Shown here: in pieces, positions 9,374-18,761 of the stretch | How the letters are laid out: each line of letters starts with the position of its first letter | How positions within the stretch are numbered: position 1 is the first letter of the stretch | From: an uncultured Lacinutrix sp. | GTDB taxonomy: Bacteria; Bacteroidota; Bacteroidia; Flavobacteriales; Flavobacteriaceae | Direction: 5' to 3' | Length of the DNA stretch: 29,200 bases | NCBI GenBank assembly: GCA_964598775.1 | Contig: CAZRDG010000001.1 | Location: 1 to 29,200 of the forward strand | Notes under the pieces: generated by a model | Told to the model about the DNA's origin: nothing | The model's input: the letters and a program-made list of their open reading frames with translations, nothing else | Databases searched by the model: none | Translations under genes and position numbers: made by a program

Positions 9374-11413
9374 TTAGTACTTAAATATAAAAGCTCCCTT
9401 TTCACTGGTTTTGTGGAAAGGGATTTTTTTTGCTTTACAAGTTAATTGCCATCTGTCCTGATAACTTGTGTAATTACTGCCATCACAAATAATGAGTTTT
9501 GGTTGTAAACTATCTATAAGGCGATTTAGATTTATTTTTGGGGAATTTCGTAACAAGACAAAATCAGGTTTAAACGAGAGAGATTTGTAAACACCTAAAC
9601 TATCAATGACTAAAAGCACTTTATTATCTATTTGATAGACATTCTGAAGTGTATCAAAATGAATGGTGTTAATATGAGATCCTACTTTGTAATTGGTGAT
9701 TGTCTTATCAAGAATTAAAATTGAGTCATTTAAATTGTGATGTACGTTAAGGGTATCGCAAACTTTTAATCCGAGCATAGTATGCCTAGCTTTATGAAAA
9801 ATGATAAATTCTTGATTCTCAATTCTATGTGAATTGTAAATGTAGTAAAGCTGGCCAATAATGATAATGAGCAATAACAACCCTAAGCTTTTAAAGGACT
9901 TTTTTATCATCGTCGTTAGTATTGATACAATCAGCAAATAGCTCAACATAACTTGAGTTAGATTAAACGGAATGTTTTGAAGTAAGAAATCTTCTTGATT
10001 TGAAATCCATTGGACATAACTATTCATGGTTGAAATAATCAATGAATAAAAGTCGGCCAAAAAAGATGGCAGACTATTGAATGAAGCAAGTATGATTATT
10101 ATTATTCCTAAACCTAAAATGACTCCCAGAAATGGAATAATAACCAAGTTTGACAAAAAGAAAAGACCTGGAAATTGATGAAAATAGTAAAGACTTAAGG
10201 GAATAACTCCAAATTGCGCAGCTAAAGTCACGGTGAGAATCTTCCAGAAAAAATCATCGATTTTGTATTTCGGAAGATAAAGCTTATTAAGTAAAGGCTG
10301 TATGGAGACTATAGCCATTACAGCTAAATAACTTAATTGAAAACCAACATCGAACAAGAAATTAGGTTTAAAAAGCAATAAGATAAAGGCAGAAATAGCT
10401 AAGGTGTTATAAATGTTGCTAGGTCGTTTTAAGTGCATTGCTATGGCAATAATTGTAAACATGGTCACTGCTCTTGTAACTGAGGCTGATAAACCAGCAA
10501 CAATAGCAAAGCACCAAAGTAAAATGACTATAACAACTATTTTAAGATATTTCCCTTGGTTTAAATATTCTAAAGGTTTCAAAAGGTAGTTTAGTAACAA
10601 TAAAACAATACCTATATGCAATCCAGATACAGCCAAAATATGTATTGCTCCAGCTTGTGAGTAACTTTCATAAATTTCTTTTGAAATGTCTTGACGTTGG
10701 CCCAAAAGAAGTGCACTAATTATGGCATATTCATTATGGCTAAACTTGTATTCTTTTAATTTCAATTGAATATGTTCCCTCAATCTGGCTGCATAACCAT
10801 AGATGGTATGTTTGTGCTTTGAAACTTCCAGTAACTCATTGTTTGTTGAGTATAGTTGATGATAGATGTTCTGTTTTTTTAAATAATTCTTATAATCAAA
10901 CTGATAAGGATTCAATGGAGAGTAAAGTACATTAAATTGAGTTATTGAACTGAATATATTATCAACTTTGAGTTGTGGTTTTGTGGAATCTTTTTGAACG
11001 TTTAGCAGTGATTTGCCTGAAACCTTTTTTGCATCAATTTCTAATACATCAATAACATATTTTTCATGATAAACGCTGGATTTTAAAATTTCTCGAATTC
11101 TAAAAGTTATGGTATGTCTTATCGAATCTGTTAAAATTATTTCATTCGTGAAATGACTCTTAAATTTCGTTGCATCATGCAACCTAATGTTGAGTATGCC
11201 AATTGAAATCATGCATAAATAAGAGCAGATTCCGAACCAAAAGATATACTTGTAACTATTTTTCAAAGCAAAGAACGCAATACCGAAAATTAAAAGAGAA
11301 ACCCCTGAAATGTATAAGGTGTTTTTAAGATTAATTGGGAACAAAAAACCTATAAGTATACCTATAATAAGGCATATTGAAAGTTTGATAATTGCAAAAT
11401 TGAGCAACTTCAT
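9374..11413 (-). CDS. comEC: ComEC/Rec2 family competence DNA-uptake membrane protein
   Basis: NPYQFDYKNYL, ALLLG, GAIHILAVSGLHIG, SVTRA and DVGFQLSY; 679 aa. Confidence 0.93.
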   Translation of the reverse strand: MKLLNFAIIKLSICLIIGILIGFLFPINLKNTLYISGVSLLIFGIAFFALKNSYKYIFWFGICSYLCMISIGILNIRLHDATKFKSHFTNEIILTDSIRHTITFRIREILKSSVYHEKYVIDVLEIDAKKVSGKSLLNVQKDSTKPQLKVDNIFSSITQFNVLYSPLNPYQFDYKNYLKKQNIYHQLYSTNNELLEVSKHKHTIYGYAARLREHIQLKLKEYKFSHNEYAIISALLLGQRQDISKEIYESYSQAGAIHILAVSGLHIGIVLLLLNYLLKPLEYLNQGKYLKIVVIVILLWCFAIVAGLSASVTRAVTMFTIIAIAMHLKRPSNIYNTLAISAFILLLFKPNFLFDVGFQLSYLAVMAIVSIQPLLNKLYLPKYKIDDFFWKILTVTLAAQFGVIPLSLYYFHQFPGLFFLSNLVIIPFLGVILGLGIIIIILASFNSLPSFLADFYSLIISTMNSYVQWISNQEDFLLQNIPFNLTQVMLSYLLIVSILTTMIKKSFKSLGLLLLIIIIGQLYYIYNSHRIENQEFIIFHKARHTMLGLKVCDTLNVHHNLNDSILILDKTITNYKVGSHINTIHFDTLQNVYQIDNKVLLVIDSLGVYKSLSFKPDFVLLRNSPKINLNRLIDSLQPKLIICDGSNYTSYQDRWQLTCKAKKIPFHKTSEKGAFIFKY
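9395..9431 (+). terminator. Terminator of the thioredoxin-like gene, lying inside the comEC 3' coding region
   Basis: 11-bp stem TCCCTTTTCAC / GTGGAAAGGGA (one G-U) followed by T8. Confidence 0.75.
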
Positions 11414-11514
11414 TTAGTTGAAAATAAATCAATAGAAACTTTTGCAATAATTAAGTTTAGGGAGAGTTAAACTATTTATTATGCTTGTTTAGAGGGTATT
11501 AAGATAATAAAAAT

Positions 11515-12024
11515 TTATAAAACTCGTCGTGCTTGTACAAATGCAAAGTACCAATAGCGCTCTTTAAGTTTAGAATACATGACACCTTTACTGGTTGAGG
11601 CATGAATAAATTCAACATCGTCATTAATCACGTCTGTGACTATCCCGACATGGTTTACTTTCCGACTGTTTTTCCGAGTTGCAAAAAATAGTAAGTCGCC
11701 TTTTTGCACTTCTTTTAAATCAATCCAATCACCTGTTTTAGATAAATCGTTAGTAGTTCTTGGTAATAATACATTTTCACTTTTGTAAGTCGTGTGAATT
11801 AACCCTGAGCAGTCCATGCCTTTTTTGGTTGTACCACCATATTTGTACTTAACACCTTCAAATTGTTGTGCATAATCTACAATGTTAGTCGCAATAAAGT
11901 TAGTCTCTGAGGCTTCAACAGTTTTTCTTGATTCAGTTTTTTCAGTGATAACTTTAGTATGCCTTGTAGATTTACAAGACGAGAAAGAAATAAGAATGAG
12001 GCACAAGAGTAGTAGTCTTCTCAT
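11515..12024 (-). CDS. NlpC/P60 (C40) peptidoglycan endopeptidase lipoprotein; start revised to 12024 (169 aa)
   Basis: Catalytic GMDCSGL, NHVGIV and FIHAS. The signal peptide MRRLLLLCLILISFSSC with a lipobox starts at the second Met of the supplied ORF. Confidence 0.9.
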   Translation of the reverse strand: MRRLLLLCLILISFSSCKSTRHTKVITEKTESRKTVEASETNFIATNIVDYAQQFEGVKYKYGGTTKKGMDCSGLIHTTYKSENVLLPRTTNDLSKTGDWIDLKEVQKGDLLFFATRKNSRKVNHVGIVTDVINDDVEFIHASTSKGVMYSKLKERYWYFAFVQARRVL

Positions 12025-12141
12025 GGCTCTAAAATAAATATTTATGCTTAATATCAATTCATAAATTTTTTGTTTTATTTTTTTTAATCAATCTGACTTC
12101 GTTATAAATGTTAATTACGCGTTAAATTGATCTGTGGTATT

Positions 12142-12168
12142 AAACTTCTGTATGTTACTCTAGTCTTA
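12142..12168 (+). promoter_or_regulatory. Putative ECF-sigma promoter for the Spy/CpxP-like gene
   Basis: AAACTT-N16-TCTTA resembles the RpoE/AlgU-type GAACTT-N16-TCTnA consensus. No TAnnTTTG was seen in this leader. Confidence 0.4.
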
Positions 12169-12187
12169 AGATCAAAACAATTAAAAA

Positions 12188-12661
12188 ATGAAAAAGTTAT
12201 TATTAATTGCCATTGCACTAATTACAGTAAATGCAACGGCTCAAGAAGGTAAAAGAGAGAGACAAAACAAAGGAGAGCATGAGCGAGTTCAACAGTTTAA
12301 AGATTTTTCACCTGAAGAAGTTGCCACATTGCAAACCAAAAAAATGACTTTGCATTTAGACTTAACTGATGCCCAGCAAAAGCAAATTCAAGCTATTCAT
12401 TTAGAACAAGCTAAAGCACGTAAATCGAAAATGGAAGCACGTAAGAAAATGCATGAAGAAGGTGGGGAAAAACCTTCTAAAGAAGATCGTTTTAATCGAG
12501 CTAATGAACAGCTAGATTCTAGAATTGCCTTGAAAAGCAAAATGAAAAACATTTTAAGTACTGAGCAGTTTGAAAAGTGGGAACGTGGAAACGCAATGAA
12601 GGGGAAACAACGAACCAAAATGCGTAAAAAGCAAGGTGAAAAAGGTAAGCAAAGACATTAA
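12188..12661 (+). CDS. Exported Spy/CpxP-like (LTxxQ, DUF4890-like) helical protein
   Basis: Signal peptide MKKLLLIAIALITVNATAQ; LDLTDAQQKQI and ILSTEQFEKW motifs; highly charged. Confidence 0.75.
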   Translation: MKKLLLIAIALITVNATAQEGKRERQNKGEHERVQQFKDFSPEEVATLQTKKMTLHLDLTDAQQKQIQAIHLEQAKARKSKMEARKKMHEEGGEKPSKEDRFNRANEQLDSRIALKSKMKNILSTEQFEKWERGNAMKGKQRTKMRKKQGEKGKQRH

Positions 12662-12689
12662 GAGTTGATTGATTAGTTTGATTTTTTTG

Positions 12690-12725
12690 GAGGAAATTAT
12701 TGTTTACAGTAGTTTCCTCTTTTTT
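12690..12725 (+). terminator. Intrinsic terminator of the Spy-like gene (U tract on the plus strand only)
   Basis: 13-bp stem GAGGAAATTATTG-TTTA-CAGTAGTTTCCTC (two G-U) followed by T6. Confidence 0.8.
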
Positions 12726-12743
12726 CAATTCATTTCTAAACTA

Positions 12744-13562
12744 TTAATTAGATTTTACTTTTAACGTTTGACCAATACTTATGGTGTTGTCTTTTAAATT
12801 ATTAAGTTTTTGAAGTTCAGAAACGCTTAAACCATATTTTCTGGAGATTGAATATAAGGTATCTCCCTTTGCGACAGTATGCTTCATATCAACTTCAGGC
12901 TCTGTGTCAACAATAATTTCATAGTCGTTTCCTAAAACCATTTTATCATATTGATGAAGCTCATAGCGGTCTATCAAACCAATAAGTTTTTCAGGATATT
13001 TTCTATCTGTAGCATATCCTGCTTTTCTGAGTTCTTTGGCCCAATTCTTATAATCGGATTTTTTAAGTTCGAATAATTTAGCGTAGCGTTTTCTATTGAC
13101 TAGAAATTCTGAATGATCTCTAAATGAGGTTTCTGCAGAAATGTATTTTCTAAAACATTCTTGGCGCTCATCGTCATCGTGGTAAATTTTATCGCCAGTC
13201 CAATCATGGCATTTAATCCCAAAATGATTATTCGCTTCAGCAGCCAAACGACCTTTTCCTGAACCAGACTCCAAAATCCCTTGAGCTAAGGTAATACTGG
13301 CAGGAATGCCATAACTAATCATTTCCTTCATGGCAATATCCTTATAAACGTCAATGTACTGTGAAGTGCTGCTTATAACAGGATTATCAATTGAAGGGTT
13401 GTTAATTATTTCAACATCATTCGTTATGGGTTTATCTATTTGATTGTCATTATTGGTAAGAACTTCTTTAGGTTGATGGGATTTTTTTGTAATGATTTTC
13501 TTTCTTGAACCACATCCAACACATACCATAAACAGTAAACTAACAACTATTATTTTTCTCAT
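12744..13562 (-). CDS. Glucosaminidase (GH73) plus LysM peptidoglycan hydrolase lipoprotein
   Basis: Lipobox VCVGC; ASITLAQGILESG, NNHFGIKC and AGYATDRKY; C-terminal LysM HTVAKGDTLYSISRKYG. Confidence 0.93.
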   Translation of the reverse strand: MRKIIVVSLLFMVCVGCGSRKKIITKKSHQPKEVLTNNDNQIDKPITNDVEIINNPSIDNPVISSTSQYIDVYKDIAMKEMISYGIPASITLAQGILESGSGKGRLAAEANNHFGIKCHDWTGDKIYHDDDERQECFRKYISAETSFRDHSEFLVNRKRYAKLFELKKSDYKNWAKELRKAGYATDRKYPEKLIGLIDRYELHQYDKMVLGNDYEIIVDTEPEVDMKHTVAKGDTLYSISRKYGLSVSELQKLNNLKDNTISIGQTLKVKSN

Positions 13563-14461
13563 TATTGTGCTATTAAAGGCAGATTTTTTTGTTTTAATTT
13601 AATATTCATCCCATCTATACCTTGTAAACCTCCTGTATGAATGGCTAATATTTTTGCCCCTTTTTTAAAGTATCCTTTTTTAATTAGATCAAAAATACCA
13701 AACATCATTTTTCCAGTATAAATTGGGTCTAGTGGAATGTTGTATTCTTGCTTAAATCTATTAATAAACTCAACCAGCGTGCTATTTATTTTAGCATAAC
13801 CACCGAAATGATAATCAGTGACAAGTTCCCAATTAGATTTCGATGTAAATTTACCAATTTCCTTTTGTAAAAAATCACCTTTCAGTGCAGGAAATCCTAA
13901 TATTTTTTGATGAGGTTGAGAAGCATTGATTATACCGGAAATTGTGCCACCAGTTCCTACTGGACTGCAAATTATATCAAACGTTTTGTCCTCTTCGATT
14001 AAAATTTCTTCACAACCTTTCGTAGCGAGTTCATTTGTTCCTCCTTCAGGAATCAAATAAAAGTTGCCCAACTCATTTTTTAAAGTATTTAAAAAACTTA
14101 AAGTCGTTTTTGTTCTATAGACTTCTCTGGAAATAAACTTAAATTGCATGCCACAATTTTGCGCAAATGATAAGGTTGGGTTTTCTGAAATTTTACAGGC
14201 TAATTCTTCGCCTCTAATCACTCCAATAGTTTTAAATCCAAATTCTTTACCTGCTGATGCAACAGCAGCTATATGATTTGAGTAAGCTCCTCCAAAGGTT
14301 AATAAAGTTTTAGAATTCTGATTTTGAGCTTCTAAAATGTTGTACTTCAATTTTCTGTATTTATTTCCCGAAATAATGGGATGTATTTTATCTTCTCGTT
14401 TCATATAAAACAGAACATTGTGGATATTATAAAAGTTCAATTTTTCATTCTCAATCTTCAT
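13562..14461 (-). CDS. PLP enzyme of the ACC deaminase / D-cysteine desulfhydrase family, D-cysteine desulfhydrase-like
   Basis: SGNKYRKL PLP lysine, GGAYSNH, IPEGG and GTGGT. DPIYTGK and HTGG carry Thr at both positions where ACC deaminases have Glu and Leu. Confidence 0.88.
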   Translation of the reverse strand: MKIENEKLNFYNIHNVLFYMKREDKIHPIISGNKYRKLKYNILEAQNQNSKTLLTFGGAYSNHIAAVASAGKEFGFKTIGVIRGEELACKISENPTLSFAQNCGMQFKFISREVYRTKTTLSFLNTLKNELGNFYLIPEGGTNELATKGCEEILIEEDKTFDIICSPVGTGGTISGIINASQPHQKILGFPALKGDFLQKEIGKFTSKSNWELVTDYHFGGYAKINSTLVEFINRFKQEYNIPLDPIYTGKMMFGIFDLIKKGYFKKGAKILAIHTGGLQGIDGMNIKLKQKNLPLIAQ

Positions 14462-14564
14462 GATAAAAGTAAATAAGGTAATAATATTAAAATGAAAGTA
14501 TAATCAAAAAGCGCATTTCATCGATAAAAATTGCACTTAAACTTGTTTTCGATTATTCTTTTGT

Positions 14565-14572
14565 TATATTTG
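14565..14572 (+). promoter_or_regulatory. Bacteroidota -7 element TATATTTG for the T9SS cargo gene
   Basis: Exact TAnnTTTG, with CTTG 19 nt upstream as a -33-like element and the ATG 16 nt downstream. Confidence 0.7.
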
Positions 14573-14588
14573 CCTACAAATTAACCCA

Positions 14589-17500
14589 ATGAAAAAAGTG
14601 ACTGCGCAATTTTTTTCAAAGGTAAGACGTATCATATTATTAAAATATATAAGATTAATATTTTTAATAGTTTGTTACTTTTCCTTTTTATCGAATACCT
14701 TGATTAATGGTCAAACCATTATTTTTCAAGAAGACTTTGAGACTGCTTCAGTCTCGCAAAGCAATTTAAATACTTCTAATTACCTGGGATGGAGTAATAT
14801 TAATATTCAAGGAAATAACAACAGATGGTGGATTTTTGATAATACTGCAGCTGATGTTCCTTCCGGGAATTACGCCTTGGCTATTAGTAGAAATTCTCCT
14901 TATACTGGAGGAGGAACAAAACCTAGGTATAATAGAAATAACGCCGCAGCAAACATTGCCTATTACACTTCTCTGATTGATGCAACTTCTTACACCTCTT
15001 TAACTATAGATTTTAATTGGATGTGCCAAGGTGAAATTGGTTATGATTACGGATTTGCTGTGTATTCTACAGATGGTGTTAACTGGTATAGTTTTACAAA
15101 TGTCATATATCTTGAAGGACAAAACACCACGCAAAATATTATAGATTTAGGTATTTCTGAATTAGATGGACAACAATTTTATCTTGGATTTTATTGGACC
15201 AATGATAATAGTATTGGATCAAATCCAAGTTTAGTAATAGATGATATTGTAATTAAAGGGTCTAATTCAGGTTATTGCAACCCTTCAACCACTTGGGCAG
15301 ACACTTGTTATATTAATAATGTTCAATTTGTGGGTACTTTGAATGATGTTAGTAAATTAAATTCAAGTTATGGTAGTAGTGATGGTTATCAAGATTGGAC
15401 TTCAGAACCAAAAGCCATTCAAGCTCAAGGAGAAGGTATTAATATTATTGCAGATGCTGGAGGAACGCGTGGTGCATGGAAAGCTTGGGTGGATTGGAAT
15501 CAAAATAATCAATTTGAAAATAGTGAAGAAGTATATGATTCTGGAGCTTCGTTTGGAACGAGTAGTGAGTTTGGGTTTATTATTCCAGATAACCAAGCTC
15601 CAGGTGATTATAGAATAAGAATAAGAATAGGTATAAACTATTGGAATTGGAATGGAAACGGTTTTTTTGAATATCCTGATGAAGAATTTTATTATGATTT
15701 TGACTCTTGTGAAGATTTTATAAATACAACATATTTAGGTGAAGCAGATTATTATTTTGGTGAAGCCGAAGATTACTCCTTTACAGTAATAGAAAAATGT
15801 GATACTTATGTTACAAGTGTAAATGATGGAGTAGGATGTGGCACTAATCCAAACATTAATTTAAGTTTTGAGGGGTCAGGTGCAGAGTCAGTGACAGGAT
15901 TTAATATTTACGATAGTGAAACGGGAGGTAATCTTGTTGGAACTTCTGGTGTAAGTGGTTCAGTTGGAAACTGGACAACACCTGCTATTAGCACAACAAC
16001 AACATATTGGGTAACAGCTACAAGTGCGTGTGCAAATGGAGAATCTTTGCAAAGAGTACCTGTAACTGCATACGTTTTACCTTCACCGACACTAACTTTT
16101 ACAACATCATCTCCAGTTGTTTGTGGTGAAGATACTATAGTTGAATTATCTGCCTCTGCAGGAGAAACAGAAACCATTTATCTTATTGATGAAGATTTTG
16201 AAACTGGACTGGGTACATTTTCTAATATTAATAATGATACAAATACCGCAGTAATAGTTCCTTTAACGCAATGGCAAATAGAAACAAGTGCACATAATAC
16301 CTTTTCAGGAAATGTTTGGTCTCCAGCTATTAGTTCTGGAGTTAATGGTAATCAATTTGCAATGGCGACATCAGATCATATCAATTCTAGCACGACATCA
16401 GCAAAATCTGTCGATAATAGCTTGACACTTTCAAATGCTGTAAATACAACTAATTTTACGTCATTACAACTTAGCTTTGATCTGTTTTATTCAAGATATT
16501 TTCCAGATAATTATAATGATCCAAGCTACGAAGAATACGTTGATGTCGATATCTCTGCCGATAACGGAACCAATTGGACAACTTTAGAACGCTTGGATGA
16601 AGATTTCGGCTATGGAACAAATTTCAGTAATAAAACGTATGACTTATTTGCCTTGGGTTATAGTAATGTTTCACAATTAAAAATAAGAATAAGACATTTT
16701 TCATGGGCTGATGATGCATCTGGAATTGGTTGGTTGCCTGATGGTGCGGCCATTGATAATGTAAAATTATTTGGTGAAAAACCTTTAAATACCGTTTTCG
16801 ATTGGAACATCGCCGTTGATGCTTATGTTGATTCTGGAGCCACAACTCAATATATTTCTGGAATAAGCGCGCCTGTTTCAACCATTTATGTCCAACCTTT
16901 ACCAACGCAACTACAGAGTTCATCGTCTTTTACGTTTACCGCAAGTGCTATATTAAATAATGGTTGTTCTGTGTCTACAGATATTACGCTACCAAATAAT
17001 ACGAAATATTTAAAAGATCCAAGTCCTGACAGAGATTGGGACGATCCCTTAAATTGGTTACCTGGAGGTGTCCCGGATGCAGATAATTGTGTAATTATTC
17101 CAGATGATTGCGGGTTACCGAATAGTAATGGTATTCCTCCAGTAGGATATGAAGGTTATGCTAAAAACCTCACCATAAAAGGCACTGGTAGTTTAACCAT
17201 ATATCCAGAGAATCATTTAACAGTCACAGATTGGATTCACGTAGATTCTGGTGGTGTGCTGGATGTAAAATCGGGCGCAAATTTAATTCAAGTTACTGAC
17301 GTAGCATTTAATGAAAACTACGGAGACATTAGTATGGAACGTACGGTTAACGGCTTGAGTAGCACAGATTACGTCTATTGGTCTTCACCTTTAGCTCAGT
17401 TTAATGTGCAAGATATTTCATCAGCAACAGATTCTGAGTTAATATACCAATGGATTCCAACAATTGGCAATAACTATGGAAATTGGCAGTCCGTTTCGGG

Positions 17501-18761
17501 TAATATGACAATTGGTAAAGGCTATATAGTAAGAGGACTTGAAACTACATCTCCTGCAAATACAGCAAGATTTACAGGTGTTCCTAACAATGGATTAATT
17601 TCTAATGTGCCAATTGAAAGAGGAACATACGGATTATTACCAGGTGAAATAGGGTATTTCAACTCCAATGGAGTTTGGGTAGCACCTGAAGATGACAATT
17701 GGAATTTAATAGGCAACCCTTACCCTTCGGCTATTTCAGCAAATCAATTTACCAACAACAATCCCAATATTGATGGTACCATTTATTTATGGACTCATGC
17801 TTCATCTCCAAACACTACTAATGGTGACCCTTTTTATAATGATTTTGAATACAATTACAATCCATCAGATTACATAGAACATAATAATACAGGTTCCAAT
17901 CCTCCTGGCACAAATGATTTGTATATAGCTTCAGGGCAAGCATTTTTTGTATTAATGTTGGATAATGCATCTCAAAATGAGTACGTTTCATTTAGTAATA
18001 CCATGAGGAGTAAGAATTATAATAACACTAATTTTTATGGACCTAACTTAGAATATGACGACACCAACTCAAGCAATACGCCTGTTGAAAAAAATCGCAT
18101 TTGGTTAGATTTAATTACATCAGATAATTTGGCAAGCTCAATACTTGTTGGTTACATTGAAGGTGCAACAGATGACAAGGATAGACTGTATGATGGTTAT
18201 GAATTTGCAGGGTCTGCATTAAGTTTTTATTCATTAATTGGTGATGATAAAATGTCTATTCAAGGAAAAGCACTCCCATTTACTATTGAAGATAAAGTTC
18301 CATTAGGATTAGTTGTACCCAAGACTGATAATTATAAAATAGCAATTAATACTTTAGATGGACTATTTAAAAATGACAATCAAGACATTTTTATTGAAGA
18401 TACCTATACACATATCATTCATAATTTAAGGACTTCTCCTTATAGTTTTAATTCTGAAAAAGGAACTTTTAATAACAGATTTTTACTAAGATATACAAAT
18501 GAAACATTGGGAATTAATGAAAATGTAATCGAAAGCGATATTAATGTCATTGCTTTTAAGAATACCTTGAAAATAACTTCTAGTAAACAGCTTATAACGG
18601 CAGTTAAAATAATGGATGTTCAGGGACGTCTCATTAATACAATAACCGAAATTAATAAAAACAACTATTTAAACAATCAATTGAATTTAAGCAAGGGAAC
18701 TTATATTGTTAAAGTAACCCTTAACAATGGGAAAAACTTCACTAAAAAAGTGATTTTCTAA
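14589..18761 (+). CDS. T9SS type A sorting-domain protein with GEVED, Ig-like and two jelly-roll (MAM/cleaved-adhesin-like) domains; putative adhesin
   Basis: Signal peptide; GEVED signature WVDWNQNNQF...YRIRIR...GEAEDY; Ig-like TPAISTTTTYWV; two (F/I)xEDFET...IDD/IDN domains; WNLIGNPYPS region; CTD ending KGTYIVKVTLNNGKNFTKKVIF. Confidence 0.9.
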   Translation: MKKVTAQFFSKVRRIILLKYIRLIFLIVCYFSFLSNTLINGQTIIFQEDFETASVSQSNLNTSNYLGWSNINIQGNNNRWWIFDNTAADVPSGNYALAISRNSPYTGGGTKPRYNRNNAAANIAYYTSLIDATSYTSLTIDFNWMCQGEIGYDYGFAVYSTDGVNWYSFTNVIYLEGQNTTQNIIDLGISELDGQQFYLGFYWTNDNSIGSNPSLVIDDIVIKGSNSGYCNPSTTWADTCYINNVQFVGTLNDVSKLNSSYGSSDGYQDWTSEPKAIQAQGEGINIIADAGGTRGAWKAWVDWNQNNQFENSEEVYDSGASFGTSSEFGFIIPDNQAPGDYRIRIRIGINYWNWNGNGFFEYPDEEFYYDFDSCEDFINTTYLGEADYYFGEAEDYSFTVIEKCDTYVTSVNDGVGCGTNPNINLSFEGSGAESVTGFNIYDSETGGNLVGTSGVSGSVGNWTTPAISTTTTYWVTATSACANGESLQRVPVTAYVLPSPTLTFTTSSPVVCGEDTIVELSASAGETETIYLIDEDFETGLGTFSNINNDTNTAVIVPLTQWQIETSAHNTFSGNVWSPAISSGVNGNQFAMATSDHINSSTTSAKSVDNSLTLSNAVNTTNFTSLQLSFDLFYSRYFPDNYNDPSYEEYVDVDISADNGTNWTTLERLDEDFGYGTNFSNKTYDLFALGYSNVSQLKIRIRHFSWADDASGIGWLPDGAAIDNVKLFGEKPLNTVFDWNIAVDAYVDSGATTQYISGISAPVSTIYVQPLPTQLQSSSSFTFTASAILNNGCSVSTDITLPNNTKYLKDPSPDRDWDDPLNWLPGGVPDADNCVIIPDDCGLPNSNGIPPVGYEGYAKNLTIKGTGSLTIYPENHLTVTDWIHVDSGGVLDVKSGANLIQVTDVAFNENYGDISMERTVNGLSSTDYVYWSSPLAQFNVQDISSATDSELIYQWIPTIGNNYGNWQSVSGNMTIGKGYIVRGLETTSPANTARFTGVPNNGLISNVPIERGTYGLLPGEIGYFNSNGVWVAPEDDNWNLIGNPYPSAISANQFTNNNPNIDGTIYLWTHASSPNTTNGDPFYNDFEYNYNPSDYIEHNNTGSNPPGTNDLYIASGQAFFVLMLDNASQNEYVSFSNTMRSKNYNNTNFYGPNLEYDDTNSSNTPVEKNRIWLDLITSDNLASSILVGYIEGATDDKDRLYDGYEFAGSALSFYSLIGDDKMSIQGKALPFTIEDKVPLGLVVPKTDNYKIAINTLDGLFKNDNQDIFIEDTYTHIIHNLRTSPYSFNSEKGTFNNRFLLRYTNETLGINENVIESDINVIAFKNTLKITSSKQLITAVKIMDVQGRLINTITEINKNNYLNNQLNLSKGTYIVKVTLNNGKNFTKKVIF

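Noticed and set aside
11515-12057. Track start of the C40 gene at 12057
   Set aside because: The extra 11 residues precede an otherwise typical lipoprotein signal, so the ATG at 12024 is preferred
13562-14461. ACC deaminase (acdS) assignment
   Set aside because: The diagnostic Glu and Leu positions are both Thr (YTGK, HTGG)
15612-15629. (AGAATA)3 tandem repeat in the T9SS gene
   Set aside because: It encodes the RIRIR strand of the GEVED domain, and a 6-nt unit cannot shift the frame
15736-15776. Apparent short duplication GEADYY-F-GEAEDY
   Set aside because: Only two imperfect copies at the GEVED signature, with no sign of an expanding repeat
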